Source: the human T2T-CHM13v2.0 reference genome, Homo sapiens. Taken from it: a stretch of 64,000 bases of DNA. The notes beneath the pieces were generated by a model, which was given only the letters and a program-made list of their open reading frames with translations, did no database searches and had not been told where the DNA came from. Every line of letters starts with the position of its first letter. The first letter of the stretch is position 1. Below are positions 14,270 through 27,400 of this stretch, one piece after another. The stretch lies in the NCBI RefSeq assembly GCF_009914755.1, contig NC_060936.1. One strand, given 5' to 3'. The position numbers were made by a program, and so were the translations under genes.

Positions 14270-17200
14270 GCGCTTGAAATCTCCAGCTGCAAATTCCACA
14301 AAAAGCGTGTTTAACATCTGCTCTTCTAAAGGAAAGTTCAACTCTATGAGTTCAATACACACAGCACAAAGAAGTTACTGAGACTTCTCCTATCAAACAT
14401 TATATGAAGAAATCCCGTTTCCAACGAAGGCCTCAAAGAGGTCCAAATATCTGCTTGCAGACTTTACAGACAGAGTGTTTCCAAACTGCTCCATCAAAAG
14501 AAAGGTGAAACTCCTTGAGTTGAACACACACATCACAAAGTAGTTTCTGTGAATGATTCTGTCTAGTTTTTATACGAAGATGTTTCCTTTTCTACCTTTG
14601 GTCTCAAAGCGATTGAAATCTCCACATGGAAACTCCACAAAAAGAGTGTTTCAAATCTGCTCTTTCTGAAGGAAGGTTCAACTCTGTGAGTTGAATACAC
14701 ACACCACAAATAAGTTACTGAGAATTCTTCTGTGTAACATTATATGAGGAAATCCCGTTTCCAACGAAGGCCTCAAAGAGGTCCAAATATCCACTTGCAG
14801 ACTTTACAAAGACAGTGTCTCCAAACTCCTCCATCAAAAGAAAGGTTATACTCTGTGAATTGAACGCACACATCACAAAGTAGTTTCTGAGAATGATTCT
14901 GTCTAGTTTTTATACGAAGATATTTCCTTTTCTACATTTGGCCTAAAAGCGCTTGAAATCTCCACCTGCAAATATCACAAAAAGAGGGTTTCACATCTGC
15001 TCTGTCTAAAGGACAGTTCACCTCTGTGAGTTGAATAGAGGCAACACAAAGAACTTACTCAGTATTCTTCTTTCTAGCGTTCTATGAAGAAATCCCGTTT
15101 CCAACGAAGGCCTCAAAGAGGTCAAATATCTGCTTGCAGACTTTACAGACAGAGTGTTTCCAAACTACTCTATGAAAAGAAAGCTTAAACTCCTTGAGTT
15201 GAACGCACACATCACAAAGTAGTTTCTGAGAATGATTCTGTCTAGTTTTTATACGAAGATGTTTCCTTTTCTACATTTGGTCTCAAAGCGATTGAAATCT
15301 CCAACTGGAAACTGCACAAATAGGGTGTTTCAAATCTGCTCTGTCTAAAGGAAGGTTCAACTCTGTGAGTTGAATACACACACCACAAATAAGTTACTGA
15401 GAATTCTTCTGTCGAACATTACTTGAAGAAATCCCGTTTCCAACGAAGGCCTCAAAGAGGTCCAAATATCCACTTGCAGACATTACAAACAGAGTGTTTC
15501 CAAACTGCTCCATCAAAAGAAAGGTTAAACTCTGTGAGCTGAACACACACATCAAAAAGAAGTTTCTGTGAATGATTCTGTCTAGATTTTATAAGAAGAT
15601 GTTTCCTTTTCTACCGTAGGCCTCAAAGCGCTTGAAATCTCCAGCTGCAAATTCCACAAAAAGGGTGTTTAACATCTGCTCTTCTAAAGGAAAGTTCAAC
15701 TCTATGAGTTGAATACACACAGCACAAAGAAGTTACTGAGACTTCTCCTATCAAACATTATATGAAGAAATCCCGTTTTCAACGAAGGCCTCAAAGAGGT
15801 CCAAATATCTGCTTGCAGACTTTACCGACAGAGTGTTTCCAAACTGCTCCATCAAAAGAAAGGTTAAACTCCTTGAGTTGAACACACACATCACAAAGTA
15901 GTTTCTGTGAATGATTCTGTCTAGTTTTTATACGAAGATGTTTCCTTTTCTACCTTTGGTCTCAAAGCGATTGAAATCTCCACATGGAAACTCCACCAAA
16001 AGAGTGTTTCAAATCTGCTCTTTCTGAAGGAAGGTTCAACTCTGTGAGTTGAATACAGACACCACGAATAAGTTACTGAGAATTCTTCTGTGTAACATTA
16101 TATGAGGAAATCCCGTTTCCAACGAAGGCCTCAAAGAGGTCCAAATATCTACTTGCAGACTTTACAAAGACAGTGTCTCCAAACTCCTCCATCAAAAGAA
16201 AGGTTATACTCTGTGAATTGAACGCACACATCACAAAGTAGTTTCTGAGAATGATTCTGTCTAGTTTTTATACGAAGATATTTCCTTTTCTACATTTGGC
16301 CTAAAAGCGCTTGAAATCTCCACCTGCAAATATCACAAAAAGAGGGTTTCACATCTGCTCTGTCTAAAGGACAGTTCACCTCTGTGAGTTGAATAGAGGC
16401 AACACAAAGAACTTACTCAGTATTCTTCTTTCTAGCGTTCTATGAAGAAATCCCGTTTCCAACGAAGGCCTCAAAGAGGTCAAATATCTGCTTGCAGACT
16501 TTACAGACAGAGTGTTTCCAAACTACTCTATGAAAAGAAAGCTTAAACTCCTTGAGTTGAACGCACACATCACAAAGTAGTTTCTGAGAATGATTCTGTC
16601 TAGTTTTTATACGAAGATGTTTCCTTTTCTACATTTGGTCTCAAAGCGATTGAAATCTCCAACTGGAAACTGCACAAATAGGCTGTTTCAAATCTGCTCT
16701 GTCTAAAGGAAGGTTCAGCTCTGTGTGTTGAATACACACACCACAAATAAGTTACTGAGAATTCTTCTGTCGAACATTACAGGAAGAAATCCCGTTTCCA
16801 ACGAAGGCCTCAAAGAGGTCCAAATATCCACTTGCGGACATTACAAACAGTGTGTTTCCCAACTGCTCCATCAAAAGAAAGGTTAAACTCTGTGAGCTGA
16901 ACACACACATCAAAAAGAAGTTTCTGTGAATGATTCTGTCTAGATTTTATAAGAAGATGTTTCCTTTTCTACCGTAGGCCTCAAAGCGCTTGAAATCTCC
17001 AGCTGCAAATTCCACAAAAAGGGTGTTTAACATCTGCTCTTCTAAAGGAAAGTTCAACTCTATGAGTTGAATACACACAGCACAAAGAAGTTACTGAGAC
17101 TTCTCCTATCAAACATTATATGAAGAAATCCCGTTTCCAACGAAGGCCTCAAAGAGGTCCAAATGTCTGCTTGCAGACTTTACAGACAGAGTGTTTCCAA

Positions 17201-18343
17201 ACTGCTCCATCAAAAGAAAGGTTAAACTCCTTGAGTTGAACACACACATCACAAAGTAGTTTCTGTGAATGATTCTGTCTAGTTTTTATACGAAGATGTT
17301 TCCTTTTCTACCTTTGGTCTCAAAGCGATTGAAATCTCCACATGGAAACTCCACAAAAAGAGTGTTTCAAATCTGCTCTTTCTGAAGGAAGGTTCAACTC
17401 TGTGAGTTGAATACACACACCACAAATAAGTTACTGAGAATTCTTCTGTGTAACATTATATGAGGAAATCCCGTTTCCAACGAAGGCCTCAAAGAGGTCC
17501 AAATATCCACTTGCAGACTTTACAAAGACAGTGTCTCCAAACTCCTCCATCAAAAGAAAGGTTATACTCTGTGAATTGAACGCACACATCACAAAGTAGT
17601 TTCTGAGAATGATTCTGTCTAGTTTTTATACGAAGATATTTCCTTTTCTACATTTGGCCTAAAAGCGCTTGAAATCTCCACCTGCAAATATCACAAAAAG
17701 AGGGTTTCACATCTGCTCTGTCTAAAGGACAGTTCACCTCTGTGAGTTGAATAGAGGCAACACAAAGAACTTACTCAGTATTCTTCTTTCTAGCGTTCTA
17801 TGAAGAAATCCCGTTTCCAACGAAGGCCTCAAAGAGGTCAAATATCTGCTTGCAGACTTTACAGACAGAGTGTTTCCAAACTACTCTATGAAAAGAAAGC
17901 TTAAACTCCTTGAGTTGAACGCACACATCACAAAGTAGTTTCTGAGAATGATTCTGTCTAGTTTTTATACGAAGATGTTTCCTTTTCTACATTTGGTCTC
18001 AAAGCGATTGAAATCTCCAACTGGAAACTGCACAAATAGGGTGTTTCAAATCTGCTCTGTCTAAAGGAAGGTTCAACTCTGTGAGTTGAATACACACACC
18101 ACAAATAAGTTACTGAGAATTCTTCTGTCGAACATTACTTGAAGAAATCCCGTTTCCAACGAAGGCCTCAAAGAGGTCCAAATATCCACTTGCAGACGTT
18201 ACAAACAGAGTGTTTCCAAACTGCTCCATCAAAAGAAAGGTTAAACTCTGTGAGCTGAACACACACATCAAAAAGAAGTTTCTGTGAATGATTCTGTCTA
18301 GATTTTATAAGAAGATGTTTCCTTTTCTACCGTAGGCCTCAAA
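14270..18343 (-). repeat. Three 8-mer HOR copies (1358 bp)
   Basis: Starts at 14270, 15628, 16986. Confidence 0.92.
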
Positions 18344-21300
18344 GCGCTTGAAATCTCCAGCTGCAAATTCCACAAAAAGGGTGTTTAACATCTGCTCTTC
18401 TAAAGGAAAGTTCAACTCTATGAGTTGAATACACACAGCACAAAGAAGTTACTGAGACTTCTCCTATCAAACATTATATGAAGAAATCCCGTTTCCAACG
18501 AAGGCCTCAAAGAGGTCCAAATATCTGCTTGCAGACTTTACAGACAGAGTGTTTCCAAACTGCTCCATCAAAAGAAAGGTTAAACTCGTTGAGTTGAACA
18601 CACACATCACAAAGTAGTTTCTGTGAATGATTCTGTCTAGTTTTTATACGAAGATGTTTCCTTTTCTACCTTTGGTCTCAAAGCGATTGAAATCTCCACA
18701 TGGAAACTCCACAAAAAGAGTGTTTCAAATCTGCTCTTTCTGAAGGAAGGTTCAACTCTGTGAGTTGAATACACACACCACAAATAAGTTACTGAGAATT
18801 CTTCTGTGTAACATTATATGAGGAAATCCCGTTTCCAACGAAGGCCTCAAAGAGGTCCAAATATCCACTTGCAGACTTTACAAAGACAGTGTCTCCAAAC
18901 TCCTCCATCAAAAGAAAGGTTATACTCTGTGAATTGAACGCACACATCACAAAGTAGTTTCTGAGAATGATTCTGTCTAGTTTTTATACGAAGATATTTC
19001 CTTTTCTACATTTGGCCTAAAAGCGCTTGAAATCTCCACCTGCAAATATCACAAAAAGAGGGTTTCACATCTGCTCTGTCTAAAGGACAGTTCACCTCTG
19101 TGAGTTGAATAGAGGCAACACAAAGAACTTACTCAGTATTCTTCTTTCTAGCATTCTATGAAGAAATCCCGTGTCCAACGAAGGCCTCAAAGAGGTCCAA
19201 ATATCTGCTTGCAGACTTTACAGACAGAGTTTTTCCAAACTGCTCCATCAAAAGAAAGGTTAAACTCCTTGAGTTGAACACACACATCACAAAGTAGTTT
19301 CTGTGAATGATTCTGTCTAGTTTTTATACGAAGATGTTTCCTTTTCTACCTTTGGTCTCAAAGCGATTGAAATCTCCACATGGAAACTCCACAAAAGGAG
19401 TGTTTCAAATCTGCTCTTTCTGAAGGAAGGTTCAACTCTGTGAGTTGAATACACACACCACAAATAAGTTACTGAGAATTCTTCTGTGTAACATTATATG
19501 AGGAAATCCCGTTTCCAACGAAGGCCTCAAAGAGGTCCAAATATCCACTTGCAGACTTTACAAAGACAGTGTCTCCAAACTCCTCCATCAAAAGAAAGGT
19601 TATACTCTGTGAATTGAACGCACACATCACAAAGTAGTTTCTGAGAACGATTCTGTCTAGTTTTTATACGAAGATATTTCCTTTTCTACATTTGGCCTAA
19701 AAGCGCTTGAAATCTCCACCTGCAAATATCACAAAAAGAGGGTTTCACATCTGCTCTGTCTAAAGGACAGTTCACCTCTGTGAGTTGAATAGAGGCAACA
19801 CAAAGAACTTACTCAGTATTCTTCTTTCTAGCGTTCTATGAAGAAATCCCGTTTCCAACGAAGGCCTCAAAGAGGTCAAATATCTGCTTGCAGACTTTAC
19901 AGACAGAGTGTTTCCAAACTACTCTATGAAAAGAAAGCTTAAACTCCTTGAGTTGAACGCACACATCACAAAGTAGTTTCTGAGAATGATTCTGTCTAGT
20001 TTTTATACGAAGATGTTTCCTTTTCTACATTTGGTCTCAAAGCGATTGAAATCTCCAACTGGAAACTGCACAAATAGGCTGTTTCAAATCTGCTCTGTCT
20101 AAAGGAAGGTTCAGCTCTGTGAGTTGAATACACACACCACAAATAAGTTACTGAGAATTCTTCTGTCGAACATTACAGGAAGAAATCCCGTTTCCAACGA
20201 AGGCCTCAAAGAGGTCCAAATATCCACTTGCAGACATTACAAACAGTGTGTTTCCCAACTGCTCCATCAAAAGAAAGGTTAAACTCTGTGAGCTGAACAC
20301 ACACATCAAAAAGAAGTTTCTGTGAATGATTCTGTCTAGATTTTATAAGAAGATGTTTCCTTTTCTATCGTAGGCCTCAAAGCGCTTGAAATCTCCAGCT
20401 GCAAATTCCACAAAAAGGGTGTTTAACATCTGCTCTTCTAAAGGAAAGTTCAACTCTATGAGTTGAATACACACAGCACAAAGAAGTTACTGAGACTTCT
20501 CCTATCAAACATTATATGAAGAAATCCCGTTTCCAACGAAGGCCTCAAAGAGGTCCAAATATCTGCTTGCAGACTTTACAGACAGAGTGTTTCCAAACTG
20601 CTCCATCAAAAGAAAGGTTAAACTCCTTGAGTTGAACACACACATCACAAAGTAGTTTCTGTGAATGATTCTGTCTAGTTTTTATACGAAGATGTTTCCT
20701 TTTCTACCTTTGGTCTCAAAGCGATTGAAATCTCCACATGGAAACTCCACAAAAAGAGTGTTTCAAATCTGCTCTTTCTGAAGGAAGGTTCAACTCTGTG
20801 AGTTGAATACACACACCACAAATAAGTTACTGAGAATTCTTCTGTGTAACATTATATGAGGAAATCCCGTTTCCAACGAAGGCCTCAAAGAGGTCCAAAT
20901 ATCCACTTGCAGACTTTACAAAGACAGTGTCTCCAAACTCCTCCATCAAAAGAAAGGTTATACTCTGTGAATTGAACGCACACATCACAAAGTAGTTTCT
21001 GAGAATGATTCTGTCTAGTTTTTATACGAAGATATTTCCTTTTCTACATTTGGCCTAAAAGCGCTTGAAATCTCCACCTGCAAATATCACAAAAAGAGGG
21101 TTTCACATCTGCTCTGTCTAAAGGACAGTTCACCTCTGTGAGTTGAATAGAGGCAACACAAAGAACTTACTCAGTATTCTTCTTTCTAGCATTCTATGAA
21201 GAAATCCCGTTTCCAACGAAGGCCCCAAAGAGGTCCAAATATCTGCTTGCAGACTTTACAGACAGAGTTTTTCCAAACTGCTCCATCAAAAGAAAGGTTA

Positions 21301-24300
21301 AACTCCTTGAGTTGAACACACACATCACAAAGTAGTTTCTGTGAATGATTCTGTCTAGTTTTTATAAGAAGATGTTTCCTTTTCTACCTTTGGTCTCAAA
21401 GCGATTGAAATCTCCACATGGAAACTCCTCAAAAAGAGTGTTTCAAATCTGCTCTTTCTGAAGGAAGGTTCAACTCTGTGAGTTGAATACACACACCACA
21501 AATAAGTTACTGAGAATTCTTCTGTGTAACATTATATGAGGAAATCCCGTTTCCAACGAAGGCCTCAAAGAGGTCCAAATATCCACTTGCAGACTTTACA
21601 AAGACAGTGTCTCCAAACTCCTCCATCAAAAGAAAGGTTATACTCTGTGAATTGAACGCACACATCACAAAGTAGTTTCTGAGAATGATTCTGTCTAGTT
21701 TTTATACGAAGATATTTCCTTTTCTACATTTGGCCTAAAAGCGCTTGAAATCTCCACCTGCAAATATCACAAAAAGAGGGTTTCACATCTGCTCTGTCTA
21801 AAGGACAGTTCACCTCTGTGAGTTGAATAGAGGCAACACAAAGAACTTACTCAGTATTCTTCTTTCTAGCATTCTATGAAGAAATCCCGTTTCCAACGAA
21901 GGCCTCAAAGAGGTCAAATATCTGCTTGCAGACTTTACAGACAGAGTGTTTCCAAACTACTCTATGAAAAGAAAGCTTAAACTCCTTGAGTTGAACGCAC
22001 ACATCACAAAGTAGTTTCTGAGAATGATTCTGTCTAGTTTTTATACGAAGATGTTTCCTTTTCTACATTTGGTCTGAAAGCGATTGAAATCTCCAACTGG
22101 AAACTGCACAAATAGGCTGTTTCAAATCTGCTCTGTCTAAAGGAAGGTTCAGCTCTGTGAGTTGAATACACACACCACAAATAAGTTACTGAGAATTCTT
22201 CTGTCGAACATTACAGGAAGAAATCCCGTTTCCAATGAAGGCCTCAAAGAGGTCCAAATATCCACTTGCGGACATTACAAACAGTGTGTTTCCCAACTGC
22301 TCCATCAAAAGAAAGGTTAAACTCTGTGAGCTGAACACACACATCAAAAAGAAGTTTCTGTGAATGATTCTGTCTAGATTTTATAAGAAGATGTTTCCTT
22401 TTCTACCGTAGGCCTCAAAGCGCTTGAAATCTCCAGCTGCAAATTCCACAAAAAGGGTGTTTAACATCTGCTCTTCTAAAGGAAAGTTCAACTCTATGAG
22501 TTCAATACACACAGCACAAAGAAGTTACTGAGACTTCTCCTATCAAACATTATATGAAGAAATCCCGTTTCCAACGAAGGCCTCAAAGAGGTCCAAATAT
22601 CTGCTTGCAGACTTTACAGACAGAGTGTTTCCAAACTGCTCCATCAAAAGAAAGGTGAAACTCCTTGAGTTGAACACACACATCACAAAGTAGTTTCTGT
22701 GAATGATTCTGTCTAGTTTTTATACGAAGATGTTTCCTTTTCTACCTTTGGTCTCAAAGCGATTGAAATCTCCACATGGAAACTCCACAAAAAGAGTGTT
22801 TCAAATCTGCTCTTTCTGAAGGAAGGTTCAACTCTGTGAGTTGAATACACACACCACAAATAAGTTACTGAGAATTCTTCTGTGTAACATTATATGAGGA
22901 AATCCCGTTTCCAACGAAGGCCTCAAAGAGGTCCAAATATCCACTTGCAGACTTTACAAAGACAGTGTCTCCAAACTCCTCCATCAAAAGAAAGGTTATA
23001 CTCTGTGAATTGAACGCACACATCACAAAGTAGTTTCTGAGAATGATTCTGTCTAGTTTTTATACGAAGATATTTCCTTTTCTACATTTGGCCTAAAAGC
23101 GCTTGAAATCTCCACCTGCAAATATCACAAAAAGAGGGTTTCACATCTGCTCTGTCTAAAGGACAGTTCACCTCTGTGAGTTGAATAGAGGCAACACAAA
23201 GAACTTACTCAGTATTCTTCTTTCTAGCGTTCTATGAAGAAATCCCGTTTCCAACGAAGGCCCCAAAGAGGTCCAAATATCTGCTTGCAGACTTTACAGA
23301 CAGAGTTTTTCCAAACTGCTCCATCAAAAGAAAGGTTAAACTCCTTGAGTTGAACACACACATCACAAAGTAGTTTCTGTGAATGATTCTGTCTAGTTTT
23401 TATAAGAAGATGTTTCCTTTTCTACCTTTGGTCTCAAAGCGATTGAAATCTCCACATGGAAACTCCTCAAAAAGAGTGTTTCAAATCTGCTCTTTCTGAA
23501 GGAAGGTTCAACTCTGTGAGTTGAATACACACACCACAAATAAGTTACTGAGAATTCTTCTGTGTAACATTATATGAGGAAATCCCGTTTCCAACGAAGG
23601 CCTCAAAGAGGTCCAAATATCCACTTGCAGACTTTACAAAGACAGTGTCTCCAAACTCCTCCATCAAAAGAAAGGTTATACTCTGTGAATTGAACGCACA
23701 CATCACAAAGTAGTTTCTGAGAATGATTCTGTCTAGTTTTTATACGAAGATATTTCCTTTTCTACATTTGGCCTAAAAGCGCTTGAAATCTCCACCTGCA
23801 AATATCACAAAAAGAGGGTTTCACATCTGCTCTGTCTAAAGGACAGTTCACCTCTGTGAGTTGAATAGAGGCAACACAAAGAACTTACTCAGTATTCTTC
23901 TTTCTAGCATTCTATGAAGAAATCCCGTTTCCAACGAAGGCCTCAAAGAGGTCAAATATCTGCTTGCAGACTTTACAGACAGAGTGTTTCCAAACTACTC
24001 TATGAAAAGAAAGCTTAAACTCCTTGAGTTGAACGCACACATCACAAAGTAGTTTCTGAGAATGATTCTGTCTAGTTTTTATACGAAGATGTTTCCTTTT
24101 CTACATTTGGTCTGAAAGCGATTGAAATCTCCAACTGGAAACTGCACAAATAGGCTGTTTCAAATCTGCTCTGTCTAAAGGAAGGTTCAGCTCTGTGAGT
24201 TGAATACACACACCACAAATAAGTTACTGAGAATTCTTCTGTCGAACATTACAGGAAGAAATCCCGTTTCCAATGAAGGCCTCAAAGAGGTCCAAATATC

Positions 24301-24457
24301 CACTTGCGGACATTACAAACAGTGTGTTTCCCAACTGCTCCATCAAAAGAAAGGTTAAACTCTGTGAGCTGAACACACACATCAAAAAGAAGTTTCTGTG
24401 AATGATTCTGTCTAGATTTTATAAGAAGATGTTTCCTTTTCTACCGTAGGCCTCAAA
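18344..24457 (-). repeat. Three consecutive 12-mer HOR variants
   Basis: Starts at 18344, 20382, 22420; spacing 2038 bp. Confidence 0.92.
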
Positions 24458-27400
24458 GCGCTTGAAATCTCCAGCTGCAAATTCCACAAAAAGGGTGTTT
24501 AACATCTGCTCTTCTAAAGGAAAGTTCAACTCTATGAGTTGAATACACACAGCACAAAGAAGTTACTGAGACTTCTCCTATCAAACATTATATGAAGAAA
24601 TCCCGTTTTCAACGAAGGCCTCAAAGAGGTCCAAATATCTGCTTGCAGACTTTACAGACAGAGTGTTTCCAAACTGCTCCATCAAAAGAAAGGTTAAACT
24701 CCTTGAGTTGAACACACACATCACAAAGTAGTTTCTGTGAATGATTCTGTCTAGTTTTTATACGAAGATGTTTCCTTTTCTACCTTTGGTCTCAAAGCGA
24801 TTGAAATCTCCACATGGAAACTCCACAAAAAGAGTGTTTCAAATCTGCTCTTTCTGAAGGAAGGTTCAACTCTGTGAGTTGAATACAGACACCACGAATA
24901 AGTTACTGAGAATTCTTCTGTGTAACATTATATGAGGAAATCCCGTTTCCAACGAAGGCCTCAAAGAGGTCCAAATATCTACTTGCAGACTTTACAAAGA
25001 CAGTGTCTCCAAACTCCTCCATCAAAAGAAAGGTTATACTCTGTGAATTGAACGCACACATCACAAAGTAGTTTCTGAGAATGATTCTGTCTAGTTTTTA
25101 TACGAAGATATTTCCTTTTCTACATTTGGCCTAAAAGCGCTTGAAATCTCCACCTGCAAATATCACAAAAAGAGGGTTTCACATCTGCTCTGTCTAAAGG
25201 ACAGTTCACCTCTGTGAGTTGAATAGAGGCAACACAAAGAACTTACTCAGTATTCTTCTTTCTAGCGTTCTATGAAGAAATCCCGTTTCCAACGAAGGCC
25301 TCAAAGAGGTCAAATATCTGCTTGCAGACTTTACAGACAGAGTGTTTCCAAACTACTCTATGAAAAGAAAGCTTAAACTCCTTGAGTTGAACGCACACAT
25401 CACAAAGTAGTTTCTGAGAATGATTCTGTCTAGTTTTTATACGAAGATGTTTCCTTTTCTACATTTGGTCTCAAAGCGATTGAAATCTCCAACTGGAAAC
25501 TGCACAAATAGGGTGTTTCAAATCTGCTCTGTCTAAAGGAAGGTTCAACTCTGTGAGTTGAATACACACACCACAAATAAGTTACTGAGAATTCTTCTGT
25601 CGAACATTACTTGAAGAAATCCCGTTTCCAACGAAGGCCTCAAAGAGGTCCAAATATCCACTTGCAGACATTACAAACAGAGTGTTTCCAAACTGCTCCA
25701 TCAAAAGAAAGGTTAAACTCTGTGAGCTGAACACACACATCAAAAAGAAGTTTCTGTGAATGATTCTGTCTAGATTTTATAAGAAGATGTTTCCTTTTCT
25801 ACCGTAGGCCTCAAAGCGCTTGAAATCTCCAGCTGCAAATTCCACAAAAAGGGTGTTTAACATCTGCTCTTCTAAAGGAAAGTTCAACTCTATGAGTTGA
25901 ATACACACAGCACAAAGAAGTTACTGAGACTTCTCCTATCAAACATTATATGAAGAAATCCCGTTTTCAACGAAGGCCTCAAAGAGGTCCAAATATCTGC
26001 TTGCAGACTTTACCGACAGAGTGTTTCCAAACTGCTCCATCAAAAGAAAGGTTAAACTCCTTGAGTTGAACACACACATCACAAAGTAGTTTCTGTGAAT
26101 GATTCTGTCTAGTTTTTATACGAAGATGTTTCCTTTTCTACCTTTGGTCTCAAAGCGATTGAAATCTCCACATGGAAACTCCACCAAAAGAGTGTTTCAA
26201 ATCTGCTCTTTCTGAAGGAAGGTTCAACTCTGTGAGTTGAATACAGACACCACGAATAAGTTACTGAGAATTCTTCTGTGTAACATTATATGAGGAAATC
26301 CCGTTTCCAACGAAGGCCTCAAAGAGGTCCAAATATCTACTTGCAGACTTTACAAAGACAGTGTCTCCAAACTCCTCCATCAAAAGAAAGGTTATACTCT
26401 GTGAATTGAACGCACACATCACAAAGTAGTTTCTGAGAATGATTCTGTCTAGTTTTTATACGAAGATATTTCCTTTTCTACATTTGGCCTAAAAGCGCTT
26501 GAAATCTCCACCTGCAAATATCACAAAAAGAGGGTTTCACATCTGCTCTGTCTAAAGGACAGTTCACCTCTGTGAGTTGAATAGAGGCAACACAAAGAAC
26601 TTACTCAGTATTCTTCTTTCTAGCGTTCTATGAAGAAATCCCGTTTTCAACGAAGGCCTCAAAGAGGTCAAATATCTGCTTGCAGACTTTACAGACAGAG
26701 TGTTTCCAAACTACTCTATGAAAAGAAAGCTTAAACTCCTTGAGTTGAACGCACACATCACAAAGTAGTTTCTGAGAATGATTCTGTCTAGTTTTTATAC
26801 GAAGATGTTTCCTTTTCTACATTTGGTCTCAAAGCGATTGAAATCTCCAACTGGAAACTGCACAAATAGGCTGTTTCAAATCTGCTCTGTCTAAAGGAAG
26901 GTTCAGCTCTGTGTGTTGAATACACACACCACAAATAAGTTACTGAGAATTCTTCTGTCGAACATTACAGGAAGAAATCCCGTTTCCAACGAAGGCCTCA
27001 AAGAGGTCCAAATATCCACTTGCGGACATTACAAACAGTGTGTTTCCCAACTGCTCCATCAAAAGAAAGGTTAAACTCTGTGAGCTGAACACACACATCA
27101 AAAAGAAGTTTCTGTGAATGATTCTGTCTAGATTTTATAAGAAGATGTTTCCTTTTCTACCGTAGGCCTCAAAGCGCTTGAAATCTCCAGCTGCAAATTC
27201 CACAAAAAGGGTGTTTAACATCTGCTCTTCTAAAGGAAAGTTCAACTCTATGAGTTGAATACACACAGCACAAAGAAGTTACTGAGACTTCTCCTATCAA
27301 ACATTATATGAAGAAATCCCGTTTCCAACGAAGGCCTCAAAGAGGTCCAAATGTCTGCTTGCAGACTTTACAGACAGAGTGTTTCCAAACTGCTCCATCA

